From positions 53,511,400-53,575,399 of the forward strand of contig JASCQW010000099.1 in the NCBI GenBank assembly GCA_030264375.1: 64,000 nucleotides of DNA, read 5' to 3'. The notes beneath the pieces were generated by a model. It did no database searches and had not been told where the DNA came from. It was given only the letters and a program-made list of their open reading frames with translations. This stretch comes from Carcharhinus longimanus (lineage: Eukaryota). Numbering within the stretch: position 1 is the first letter of the stretch; each line of letters begins with the position of its first letter. The position numbers and the translations under genes were made by a program. Shown here piece after piece: positions 13,465-25,269 of this stretch.

Positions 13465-13820
13465 AGATCATAACAAATAAGAGCAGGAGTAAACCATTCA
13501 GCCCCTCAAGCCCGCTGTGCCATCTGGTTGTGGCCTTAACTCTACTGATTCATTTCCACAATCCTTGACTAATTTGTCAATCAAAAATTTTTCAAACTCA
13601 GCCTTGAATATTTTCAATGATACAGCCTTCATTTCATTGCGCTTTGTGGAAGAGAATTCAAAGACAGATGACCCCATCCTCCCATAGAAAAAAACATCCT
13701 CCTTATCTCTGGTCTGTCTTAATGGGAGACACCTTATTTTTAAACTGTACCCACTAATTCTGGACTCCACCATAAAGGGAAACATCCTCCCAGAGTCCAT
13801 GCTGACAAATCCCTTCAGGA
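13465..13820 (-). mobile_element. CR1 LINE 3' end
   Basis: aagatcataacaaataagagcaggagtaaaccattcagcccctcaagcc tail; ORF track MDSGRMFPFMVESRISGYSLKIR. Confidence 0.85.
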
Positions 13821-13851
13821 ATAACTAATCTGGAATAAAATGTCAGATGCA

Positions 13852-14170
13852 TTAATAATGATCAACAAACTACTGATTATAAAATCCCATCTGGTTCACT
13901 AATGTCGTATGAGGAGGAAATCTGCCATCCTGTCCTAGTTTGGCCTTCACTTAACTCCAGATTCACAGCAATGTGATTGACTCTTAACTGCCCACTGAAA
14001 TGGTTCAGCAAGCCACAGCACCAAATTAATACAGAAAAAAGCACCATATGTCTGTCTATCTGTACTTCACAGGCTAGAACACTTCACAATGGCAACTCTT
14101 CTCAGGGGCGATTGGGATGTGCAATAAATGGTGGGCTTGCCAGCAATTCTACAGCCAAGGATAAATAAAA
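13852..14170 (+). mobile_element. Short non-autonomous retroelement joining a LINE 5' module to a LINE 3' tail
   Basis: 5' part matches the reverse complement of 57238-57380; 3' part (cttctcaggggcgattgggatgtgcaataaatggtgggcttgccagc) matches the tails at 19810-19860 and 54425-54470. Confidence 0.7.
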
Positions 14171-14791
14171 AGAAAGAGCCCTGGCAACATCTGTGGAGAG
14201 AGAAACAGAATTAATGGGCACAGTCTACTGGCCATGTTTGTCATAAGTGGAAATTCCGCTATGACAGCTTAATCTCAGATGATAGCCAAAGCAGGATTTG
14301 TGCCAGCGAGATCTTGGTTTAATACCTTCTCCGCACCCTGCCGGTGGCATGATTGAGCATGAACCTGACTTCCATACATTAAATATATTTTAATATAATT
14401 AATGGGTTTACACTGTAGCGTCTGCCCACAATATATCCCCTCCCCCACCCACCCCAACCCGCAGTATTTTCAAAAGTGAAAAATAGTCGCAATTACTAAC
14501 CCGGGGGCTCGGAGATGCCTAGAAGCCCTGGGACAAGGGCTTGAGGGACAAGGATGGGGATTGCCCCCTTGCATGCTGGTAATGCCCCTGGCAGTGGGGG
14601 TGGTCACTCTCCTCCATGTGGAGGGGGGTGGTTTTGTATACGTGTGTTGAGATGGGGGGAGGGGTGAAGTGCCCCGTTGCCTGTGAGGGGTNNNNNNNNN
14701 NNNNNNNNNNNNNNNNNNNNNNNNNNNNNNNNNNNNNNNNNNNNNNNNNNNNNNNNNNNNNNNNNNNNNNNNNNNNNNNNNNNNNNNNNNN

Positions 14792-14988
14792 GGGAGGATT
14801 TAGCGTGGCCGATGCACCTAACCAGAGTCTTTTGGACTTGGGACGAAACCAGAGCACCTGGAGGAAACCCACGCAGGCACAGGGAGAATGTGCAGACTCT
14901 GCACAGACAGCGATCCAAAGCAGGAGTCAAACCCAGGTCCCCAGCGCTGTGAGACCGCAGTGCTAACCACTGTGCCACCGTGCCACCC
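14792..14988 (-). mobile_element. HE1-type V-SINE, 5' part (3' end lost in gap)
   Basis: Reverse complement gggtggcacggtggcacagtggttagcactgcggtctcacagcgctggggacc...; tRNA-like A/B boxes and V-domain. Confidence 0.92.
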
Positions 14989-15912
14989 ATTTCCTGCCCA
15001 TTATTTCCTGAATTAACATGGAATCCTCCCAGTGCAGAAGGAGGCCACTCGGCCCATCAAGCCTGAACCAATAATGAAGTAATTTTGCTTGGTTGGAAAT
15101 GTTTAATTTTATTTGATGTATTATGGTTTGAAAAAATGAAACTTTCTACGCGAGCATGTTGTCTCCCACCGCTGATTTCACAATCACATTCCGATTGATT
15201 GCCCAGCATGAATTCTCAAAAGGCAGACTCATTGCTATCAGTGCCAAAGGGGTCTCTACGGAACTGGCGCAAGTATTCCCAGGAGAGCTGACAGCTGTGT
15301 GAAGTCCCAGGGCTCAATCAAAAGAATCCCCCGGGAAATTCCTAGTGGCTGTTTTCATCATGGTATCTGAAAGCTCTGTTCTGTGTAACCCTAATGAAGT
15401 GACTAACCCCAAACCCCACCCTCTCTGAGGTGTTGTTTCCAGAAGAAGCAAGTGAGTTACACAAGAGCTTTGGGAGTTATCTTGGACCAAGAGGTGAAAT
15501 TGGCCAAAAGTACGTGCTGTGTTAATTCAGCCCATTTGCAAGTTCAGATTTAGCATGCGGCTTTCAGGCTATTTGAGATTACCATAATTTGAGCTTGCCT
15601 GCAGGTTTCGCTGCTGATTAGATGCAATTTTTGTCAAGCAGTGTAAGAGCTTCTTGCACTCACTTCCACTGAGATGCAGAGTACTCTGGCTGGCACACAG
15701 CGTTATATGTAAGTTGGCTCAGGGACATAGAAAGCCTAGGCTTTTGGATGTGGCAATGGAGGCCCTGGCAAAAGAGGTCTGCAAGAGGGAGTGGGTAATG
15801 TTGTCAAGTCTTCTATAAGCTAGAAATAATCATAGTCTAGACTGGAAATGCTGGAACTTCATTGAGTGGATTTTTTGCTGCTCTCCATGTGCCTGTGGGA
15901 CCAATAGATTGT

Positions 15913-16105
15913 TAAAGAATAAAGAAAAGTACAGCACAGCAACAGGCCCTTCGGCCCTCCAAGCCTGTTCCGATCATAATATCCAAACTCAACTACAAAA
16001 CAAAACTGTCTGCCCTTACTCAGTGCTTTTCCCTCTATTCCCTTCCTATTCATGTATCTATCCAGATGTCTCTTAGATATTGCTAATGAGTCTGCTTCCA
16101 CCACT
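15913..16105 (-). mobile_element. CR1 LINE 3' end
   Basis: aaagaataaagaaaagtacagcacagcaacaggcccttcggccctcc tail; ORF track VEADSLAISKRHLDRYM. Confidence 0.85.
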
Positions 16106-16157
16106 TCAGTTACTCAGCCAATGACTGAATGTGGCAATAAAATTACCCTCCTGGGAT

Positions 16158-16435
16158 GAATAGAATAGAATCCCTACAGTGCAGAAGGAGGCACTGACCA
16201 CAATCCCACCTAGGCCCTATTCCCACACATACTTACCCTGTCACTCGGATTAATTTAGCATGGCCAATCAACATAACCTGTACATCTTTAGGCTGTGGGA
16301 GAAAATCGGAGTGCCTGGAAGAAACCCACACAGACAAGGGGAGAATGTACAAACTCCACACAGACAGTGACCTGAAGCCAGAATTGAACCTGGATCCCTG
16401 ATGCTGTGAGGCAGCACTGCTAACACAGAACCACC
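16158..16435 (-). mobile_element. HE1-type V-SINE
   Basis: tagaatagaatccctacagtgcagaaggaggc tail; aatttagcatggccaatc; gaattgaacctggatccctgatgctgtgaggcagca. Confidence 0.92.
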
Positions 16436-16454
16436 CCAAAAGACAAATATACTT

Positions 16455-16529
16455 TGGCTCTGGGTGGGATTGAACCACCATCCTTTCAGTTAACAGCCAA
16501 CCATGCTAGCCAATTGCACCACAGCAGAT
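16455..16529 (-). pseudogene. tRNA-Asn(GTT) pseudogene
   Basis: Reverse complement ATCTGCTGTGGTGCAATTGGCTAGCATGGTTGGCTGTTAACTGAAAGGATGGTGGTTCAATCCCACCCAGAGCCA aligns to vertebrate tRNA-Asn; anticodon loop CTGTTAA intact; stems damaged by CpG decay. Confidence 0.85.
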
Positions 16530-17530
16530 AATCCTGAGCTCATATGCCAATATAACAGATACCCTGTATCCACAGGGAGGGATTTAATCCCCCATCCCTT
16601 TCTCCTGAAGCCAGTGATGCTATTCTCCCAGGCCTGATATCCTTGTCCAGACCAAAGGATCTGTTGCAAGATGCCCCTAAAGCTTTCTCCCATTCCTGGG
16701 GGTTCCAAAAGATGGAATATTACAACACTTATAATTCTGGAATAAATGTTCCTTGAATAGGGATGAAGTCTGGCCAAAATGTTCCAGAAGGTCTCTCAAT
16801 GTGTTTCAGAGATCTTCTTCGTAGATCCAGCAGTCATGACCATAAAATGGTGAGCGTCCCTTTAAGTAGCTAGTGTGCTTTTAAGCAGTGCTTGAAATCA
16901 ACATCAATGCCACCTTTATTTCCAAACAGCTGGAAGAGGTGCCAACCACAAAACTGCAGGCTCTTTAATAAGTGTTGCCGGACATTTTAAATGGCATTGA
17001 GCTGTTTAATGAGACTCTGGGCAACCTTTTCTCATTCTGGCTTTATCTCCTTTATCCAGATTACTTTGTGTGATAAGCAGAGGAGAAAGGCATGATTCGA
17101 GGTTAAGGCCCCATCTGAATATCTCATAATCTTATACACTTCAGTACTGTGCCCCCCCCCCCCCGGGTAGGAAATGATGGATTTGAAGGGGGAGAATGCC
17201 CCTGATATTTATGTGGTTTGGGGGAGGTGGACTGGCTCCAACGTTGGTGGGTTTGTGGGGGTGGGCCTCCACGTCAGTGAAGGGAGTGGGGTTGTTGGGG
17301 GAACTACTTTTTAAATGCTTCCTTTAGAGATGGCTTCCTGATTTCTGTGGAGCCAGCCTTGCTGGCTCTAACAGGCCCTACTTCACCAGAGTGACACTGC
17401 CATACCCCCAGAGTATCTGTGCACTAAGTAGCAGAAAATCTGGTCTGAAAGCTCAGCTGTGTTTCTGGGGAGAAACTTGCTCATTTTGGATCAGGGCCTG
17501 ACACTGACAAATTCTGGGAAAATTCCACCC

Positions 17531-17635
17531 AATGTTTCAGGTCATTGATTTCTGATGAAAGGTTATCAGCCTGAAGCATGAAGTCCTTTTCTCTCTCCAC
17601 GGGTACTGCTGAGTATTTCGAGCATTTCAGATTTG
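17531..17635. mobile_element. Penelope-derived repeat (second family), inverted junction, decayed hammerhead core
   Basis: tctgatgaaaggttatcagcctgaagcatg...ctctctccacgggtactgctgagtatttcgagcattt; the inverted partner is 14181-14215 plus 17531-17548. Confidence 0.7.
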
Positions 17636-18281
17636 TTGTAATCTTCTTCTTTAACAACGTTTGCCATAGTTTGTTGATAGTCTCTTCCACGTAACAACAA
17701 TTGAGAGAAAAGTAATCTTTTCGTTCATAGTTTAATTTTTTACTTCTTTTTTTGAGCTCTACATTCAGTTCAAGTTATTTCTTGCATTTTTTACTTTTCT
17801 ACAAATCTGAATTATGCCCCTACTTCAATTGTATTTTCTTCCGTGAAGATCAGTTGGGTGCTGTGAACTAATCATCAGGACACAGAATACAAAGTTTTCT
17901 TCTTTTAGGAAGAGCTTGCTGAATTATGTGCCATTTAAGCATTCAACTGGACTGCGGTGGACATTCCCCAGGATCAAGGGCCCCAGGGATGGAAGTTCTG
18001 CTCACTGAGATTATTGCTCAATGGTCAATTAGAGGCTGGAAGCTCTGTTGAATGGTAGTGCCACCGCAGAAGTCATGGCTGCTATTGGTACTATATAAGG
18101 CCTAGGATCATCGCTGAATCCTAGGCCAGAGGTGGGGAAGTGTTATAAGGAAGGTGAGAGGGGTGTTGGTGGCAAAGGTGAGTGGGAGAGGGTGTTTTCT
18201 GCGAGCCACACCTTTCCATAGATCAGGGATTGCTTTTGCTTGAGAGACCTGCCCCACCATGGACCCTTTGAGCAATCCTAA

Positions 18282-18595
18282 ACAGTGGCACAGTGGTTAG
18301 CACAACTGTCTCACAGCATCAAAGACCCAGATTCAATTCCGGCCTTGGGCCACTGTCTGTGTGGAGTTTGCACGTTCTCCCCGTGTCAGCGCGGGTTTTC
18401 TCCGGACGCTCCGGTTTCCTCCCACAGTCCAAAGATGTGTGGGTTAGGTTGATTGGCCGTGCTAAATTAACTATAGTGTCAAGGGAATTAACAGGGTAAA
18501 TATGAGGGTTGACGGGAATGGGGCCTGGGTGGGATTGTCGTTGGTGCAGACTTGATGGGCCGAATGGCCTCCTTCTGCACTGTAGGGATTCTATG
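18282..18595 (+). mobile_element. HE1-type V-SINE, near full length
   Basis: gtggcacagtggttagcac (A box), agattcaattcc (B box), V-domain, CR1-like tail gggccgaatggcctccttctgcactgtagggattctatg. Confidence 0.95.
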
Positions 18596-18596
18596 G

Positions 18597-19885
18597 TCAG
18601 TCTATTCTCAATCATCAGCAAGTGATGAAAGGTGACATCGACAATGCTACCAAGTGGCACTTACACAGCAATAACCACTTACTGATGCTGAGTTTCGGTT
18701 TCACCAAGGCCTACGCTCCTGACCTCACTGTAGTCTTGGTCTAAATGTAGACAAAAGAGCTGAATTCCTGAAATGAGACCAAAGTGACTGCATTTGACAA
18801 CAAACATTTGGTTGAATGTGGGGTCAATGAGCCTTGCAAAATTGAAGTGAATGAGAATCTGGGGTAAACTTTCCACTGGTTGGACTCAGTTCTTGCAGAA
18901 AGAAAATGGCTGTGGTGGTTGGAGGTCAATCAACTCAGACCTTGGGCATTGTTGCAGGTATTCCTCAGAATAAAGTCCTAGAGCTAACTATCTTCAGCTG
19001 CTTCCTCAGATGATCTTTGCTCCATCACATCAAAAATTGAGATGTTTGCTGATAACTGCATGGTGTTCAGTACCATTCGCAACTCCTCAGGTAATGATGC
19101 AATAGCTGTCCATGCGCAGTAAGATCTGGATAACGTTCAGGTTTGGGCTGATAAGTGGCAAGTAATACTTGTAACCCATAAGTGCCATGCAATGATCATC
19201 GCTATTAAGACAGAATCTAACCACTTCCCTTTGACATTCAATAGCATTACTATCACTGAATTTCTCATCATCAACATTCTGGGGACTACTATTGACCAGA
19301 AATGTAACTATTGCAGCCATAAAAATACTGTGGCCATAATGGTTGGTTAAAAACTGGGAATTCTGTGGTGAATAATTCACATCCTGACTCTCCAAAGCTG
19401 GATTACTATCTAGTCAGGGGTGTGGTGGAATACTCTCCATTTGCCTGCATGAATGTACTCAGGAAAAGCAGCCAGAGGCTGTCCATTCACAAACTTAAAC
19501 ATTTACTTCCCTTGTTACCAGCGCACAGTGGCAGCAGTGTGTACCACCTACAACATGCACTATAACAACTTGCCAAGACTCATAACACCACTTCCAAACC
19601 TGTGACTTCTATCACCTTGAAAGACGAGGACAACAAACACATGGAAACACCACCATCTGCAAGTTCCCTCCAAGAACTACACACCATTCTAACTATAGCT
19701 GTCATTTCTTCACCATTACTGGGTCAAAAACTTAGAATTCTCTCCAAGAAGCACTGTGGTCAACCTGTAGAAGGTGGCCTGCAGCAGTTCAAGAACATGA
19801 CTGATCACCATCTTCTCAAGAGCAATTAAAGATGGACAAATGCTGGCCTTGCCAGTGATGCTCACATCCCATGAAGGAACAAAAA
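18597..19885 (+). mobile_element. CR1/L2-group LINE (second family), RT plus 3' end, decayed
   Basis: gcaggtattcctcagaataaagtcctagagctaactatcttcagctgcttc (GVPQGSVLGPTIFSCF-like); atgtttgctgataactgc (MFADxC); tail aaatgctggccttgccagtgatgctcacatccc. Confidence 0.88.
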
Positions 19886-22800
19886 TCCTGATGGAAATTC
19901 CTTTGACAATTACTTAAGTAGAAATAAAGAAAACATTTGAACAAATACTTTTTAATGGAACAGAAAAGCACTAACATTTTAAAATGATATTATTTCCTAT
20001 CAAACAATCTGCAACTAAAAAGAAAATATTTTCAGAAAATACAGAAGACATTAAAAGAATAGCAAATATTTGAGCTGCATTTTATAAATGCACAAGGTTG
20101 AAGCACCTGCTATTTTTTAAACTGCCATAGAGATTCCATAAATCATTTTACTTTAAATGTACTTTAGATACAATGCGTACGTGACACTGGATTTTTTCTT
20201 CTTCAAATATGATCACAGCTTGTACTGCACTACTGATGGCATTATGTTGGATGCCAAGGTTGTAATGTACAGCATGATGCCATATTGTCCCACAGTGAGG
20301 TGTGATCAGATACCTGCCGAAAATGATAGACAACTTTGGCCTGGTAAACAGGCAAAAAATCACATTTACTAGCTGCCAGATGGGACCTGCTGGACGGTTC
20401 AGAGCAAACATCTCATTCTTCTTTGGGCTTGCTTGTCCAGCTTTTGAGCAAGACCTGGCTGATAATGATGAATATCAAGGCTACACTAAAGTGGGTGACA
20501 ACAGCAGCCTTGTTATAGCTGCCACTCTTCCTATGCTGTCATTATTACAGGTGAAGATTTATTTGAGTTTATTGTTCTGCACTGTGTGCCAGCTATTTGC
20601 AATTCATCACTTACTATGGAAGGTTCAGGATAACGGCTGCAGCTATAATTGCCACCTACACCTGCTACTGGAAATTATGAGGGTCGCCAACCAGGGCAAG
20701 CCTGCTCTCCACCACTGCTTATCCTATTCTCTTAGTCACAATTGCCATTTCCTGTATTAAATCAATATTTTTCATGCCATGATGCATGTAAAGAACGGCT
20801 TTTCTACAGTATTTTTTGTCAAATATTATTAAATAAATTTTCTCTGTAATGTAAATGCAACTGCACAAGGTTAAAGCTATGCCAACCAATTAAGATGGAA
20901 ACCAAATAGGCTGTTGACTGCTGAGCATATCTGAACAGAGTATATCCTCTGCTCAGAAAAGTCAAAGCATCACAGAAATGAGGAAGTATTCCGGTTACAT
21001 TCACATTCGATCTCTTCTACAATAATGTGTTATCATCCTGAGCAAACAGATTATTCAGATTGTATCCTTCAGAATATAAACAGCAAAGCTAATAGAGATG
21101 AACTGGCAAGTTGCACGTGCAAAAGTATCACCCATAGAGAGTTATAATATCAGAAGAATATATACACAATGACATTGTAGAATGTAAAAGTCCAGCTTTT
21201 GAAACTGTGTGCTACAACTTTCAACATCTCAAAATTAAAATGTTCTTACTGGGTCTTCTCCTCCTCTCTGCTCTCTTTCAATGATACCTTTGTTGTGTTA
21301 AAAATGCAGTGTGGAGGGTGTGCTTTGGAAAAACTTACACTGTCTTTTTATGCAATGCCCTCTTTCAGACAAAAAGTAAAACAGGAGAGCATCCTGAGGG
21401 AGCAGAGGGTTATTATTTTCTGGTTGCTGCTTATGACATCATTAGTTTCCATGAAATCCCACATGGCCTTAGGTTGCTACTGAGGATGAAATTTGAAGCA
21501 AAACATAAATAGAAAGCTAATTGCGGTGGCGTTGGATTCCAACCATGTCTTGGGTTGAGTTGAGAACACCGAATTTGTGTGAGGGGAGCAAGCTGAGCTC
21601 TGTATGAATAGACTAGTTTTCTGTTTGGCAGTTAAGAAGAAAATATAACTCCAAATGCTCTTGGTGAGCCATCGGGTAAGCAAGCTGAACATTTACATCA
21701 GAGAATTGGACTGCGAATCAGGTTTGTTGGCAGTCAGTTAAAAAAGATAATCATACCATCAAGACTGCCGTGATCCAAGCAAGAGATGGTTGGTAAAAAT
21801 GCACAGTGTTAGTATTCTTCAGCTGATGCTGAATATCACTCAAAGATTGAAATAATTTACTTGGAATTCAATGATCCTACATAACCAAGGCTGATTTGTA
21901 AAGATTGTGAGATTGCACCTGGCGCAGCATTGTTCAGGAAGTAATCTGATTATGTAACCAAATGAGGAGTATCTTTGTTATATTGGCTATTTAAAGTAAA
22001 ATTTACCTTTTTATCCAAAATATTCTTCTAATCGTAATTAATGTTTGAATTATGTTTTTTTTACGGTAAAAATTTAAAAAGTGAAATCTTGTCCATCGGT
22101 TTTCTTTCCATTGGTATCATGGGATTATTTTCTTTTAAAAAGTTCTCATTCTCTACGGGGATTGTGACAAGGGCCCAACTAGAATTAACTGTGCGTCAGC
22201 TCTACAAACACTTATCCAATAAACTTACTTTCATTGTGTGGTTTGCTAGTAATGATTACTTTAAATGTGTTCTAATGATGCTTTTGAAAGGTGAAATAAA
22301 TTTTGAAAGATAAATCACTTTAGAAAATTCCAGTTTTTTGGTATATCTCTTTTACATAATAATTATTAGAAGAATTTTCATATGCCAAAGTGTAGGCATG
22401 CTTAATCCTTTGGATTTGTGGATCACAGGAGCATATCCCATGGGGTCCTTGTTGCCACATATACATGTAAGTTTATCTTGCTATTAACTGCATTTTAAAT
22501 TGTTGGTACTAATGAATTTTTGCATTCTAATTTAAGATTTATCCATCAATAAGGAAAACATGGTTCCACAGTCTTTTCCATTCTTCAATCCCACAAAATA
22601 CACAAATAAGAAATATGAATCTAAATACGATTAAGTTCCTTTGAACCAGATTGTCGGTGTTCAAGGGTTGCATAAAGCCCAAGGACTGCAGTTCAAATCC
22701 ATCTCCCTCAAGGGAAAATCAATATGTATTCTGAAAAGTGTTAACTATTAGCATTAACTGCAAAATAACTTTTTCTTCTATTGTACAGATCATTGGAAAT

Positions 22801-24143
22801 ATTATGTAAAGTGACCAACTCTCATATTCTTAGGATTTAAGTTTAAAAATTCAAACATACAAAATTTTTTTTGAAGTTATTGGATGTGCTTTATTCTGAA
22901 TTTTTTTGCATAATCTGTTATATAGTAAATTTATTTTTCTATCAAATTACCAATCATATAGAAATATAATATCTAACATATGAATCTATTCCATGCCACT
23001 GTTTAATCTTTCAAGACATAAGGGTGCAAAGAAATATTTTTATTTTGGATTGGTTCATCAGTACGTTTGGAATGTGACAGCAGGCAAAAGCATTGGTACT
23101 TATGAAATGTTTCCCTTTTTCTTACAGTGGTGACGATATGTTATCAAGAATACATACAAATAACACATATATATTTAAATTGACACAATGTCCTATATCT
23201 ATACAATGTGCATCTATAAAATTCGCTAGAATATATTTTGTGAAGTACATGAAAAATCACAACAGGATGCGTTCCAAAATCATTCTAGTCAATAGTCATC
23301 CCAAACTAAAACAATTCCCCATGAACTGCAGTTCTAATCTTTCATTACATAAAGAATCAGAATAATATTACACGTTGTACAGTTGAAAGTGTCTTCCTTG
23401 CACACATAACATTAACACAGTACTTTCAAAGCCATAGAGGAAAAAAGGTGATGAAATATTTTGTTATATAGATATACAATTTTCAGAGATTAAACTATGT
23501 AACCACATTATTTTGTAATTTAATTTTAGGTTCAAGCTAATAGCAAGAATTTTGACCTTGATAGTAGTTGAGGCTACAATATGTAGGTTATAGTGTATGA
23601 TCTGTATATACAATCTAACTGACTCCATCTAGCATCGATACAGATTCTGCAGCAAGTTTCTGAAATTAGTTTTTCTTAATCTTTCTGGAAACTGGGTGCA
23701 AAACTATTGATTTATTAAACTATTTCAATTATGTGTGGGATTGGATTCTCAAAGTCCCCTTGGGTAAACAAATGAATAAGAAAATTATGTTCATAAATTC
23801 AACTAATTTTAGTTTGGTGTGAAATTACCTCCTTGACTATAAGAAGAAGGAAAATCTGAGGGAAATAAGCAGCTCTGCAACTCTGAGGCCCGATGAAAAA
23901 ATGAATTAGACTATGAAATTCTGCAAAAAGTCTTAATTTCAACTGTTACAACCATTTCCATCATTTAGTGCCACCAGGCCTAATAAGTCAACATTTGTTA
24001 CCTTTTGACACTTAGGCTGATGCAAACATAAGCAACTAAGATTATAGTTCGGATGAGACATTCATTTGTCCATGATCAGGACTCAGGACTAAAATAATGA
24101 CAAACATAAAAAGTATTACGTTGCCTCACTATTTTATTTGTAT

Positions 24144-24198
24144 AAATGTCAAAAACCATCAGCCGCTCGACAGGAGCAGCTGATGATTTCTGACATTT
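24144..24198 (-). other. 25-bp stem hairpin with 5-nt loop
   Basis: Arms aaatgtcaaaaaccatcagccgctc / gagcagctgatgatttctgacattt; 22 Watson-Crick pairs plus 3 G.U pairs on the minus strand. Confidence refers to the structure, not to any function. Confidence 0.8.
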
Positions 24199-25269
24199 TT
24201 GCCACTAGCCTTATTCTACCGTTGGGAACTATGTTACATTAAGTCCTAATGGCGGTTTTTGTTACTCATGTAGGTCAAACTACTGCAAGTGCCTATGCAG
24301 TGGTTTTACCTAGACCAAGGAACATATGCTATACACGCAAGTATGACGGTAATTCCTAAATTCATTGTTCTTTGTGCATTTGAAGCTACTTGCACAGGCC
24401 CCATGGACAGGGGAGACAAAGGTTTAGCTTTCATGGGATATATAGTGTTTACCATTATGTCTCAGCAGCCCCACATTTAAAATTTAGGTCCATGTTCCTA
24501 TTGCCTGGGTGATATCAAACAACCTTATTGTTTCAATTGGCATTTCCACCAATAACCAACTGTTGTAAGAACCTACATGTTCACAAAATTCAAGTAGGGC
24601 AAATCCACAAATAAGAAATGTGAGCATAAACAGGATTGAAAACTTGAGTTTTGAGGGTGAATTTGGCAAACTATGGATTCATCTATGCCAGCAGAACCAA
24701 AGATTAGAGTTTCCTGATGAGTATTATATCATGTTAAGAATCATGGATCAAGTCATGACTATAAAGAAAAGTCAAATTTAATAATGAATGTTGTCAAAAG
24801 GAAAAGACATGAAAGAAATAACTATTAACGATGGCTTGGGCCTTACAGATAATTACAGGTAGAATACTGCAGCTCTGAAGTCAGGGGTGGGTATAATTAC
24901 TGTGACATGCCATACAGGCAAATTAACAATTGCAAAGAAGGATCTCCAATTTTCTGAACAATATCAGCTGCCCTCTTCTGGTTTCAGTTTCTGTTGATTA
25001 ACATTTATAATCCATAAATTAGTTATCCATAATCATTCCCGCCATTACAGTGTAAGTAACAACTATCACTGATTCCACTCAGCTTTTGAAAGTAGGCATC
25101 TAAAAGCAAGATCCTTCAAATCTGGTGCCACAAAAGGCTGTCCAATAGCAGCACCTTCTCCAAGCCAACATGTCCAGCTTCAAGCCGGTGCATCACAAGA
25201 CTGGATAAGCAGCTGCCTGGTCATGGCAGTAGGCACCCGGGAGAACAATGGAAACACTTTGGGGATTCC

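Larger units (their letters stand above)
14216..17530. mobile_element. PIF/Harbinger-type composite insertion carrying nested SINEs and LINE pieces
   Basis: Ends gggcacagtct / ggaaaattccaccc flanked by aat on both sides (14213-15, 17531-33); the flanks rejoin into one repeat; internal Myb/SANT-like remnant RKPRLLDVAMEALAKEVCKREWVML at 15729-15803. Confidence 0.6.

Noticed and set aside
14519-14990. Overlapping ORFs (also 18293-18660, 34009-34307, 16233-16481)
   Set aside because: Read-through of HE1 SINEs and N gaps
16455-16529. Functional tRNA-Asn gene
   Set aside because: Acceptor, anticodon and T stems carry mismatches from CpG decay and indels
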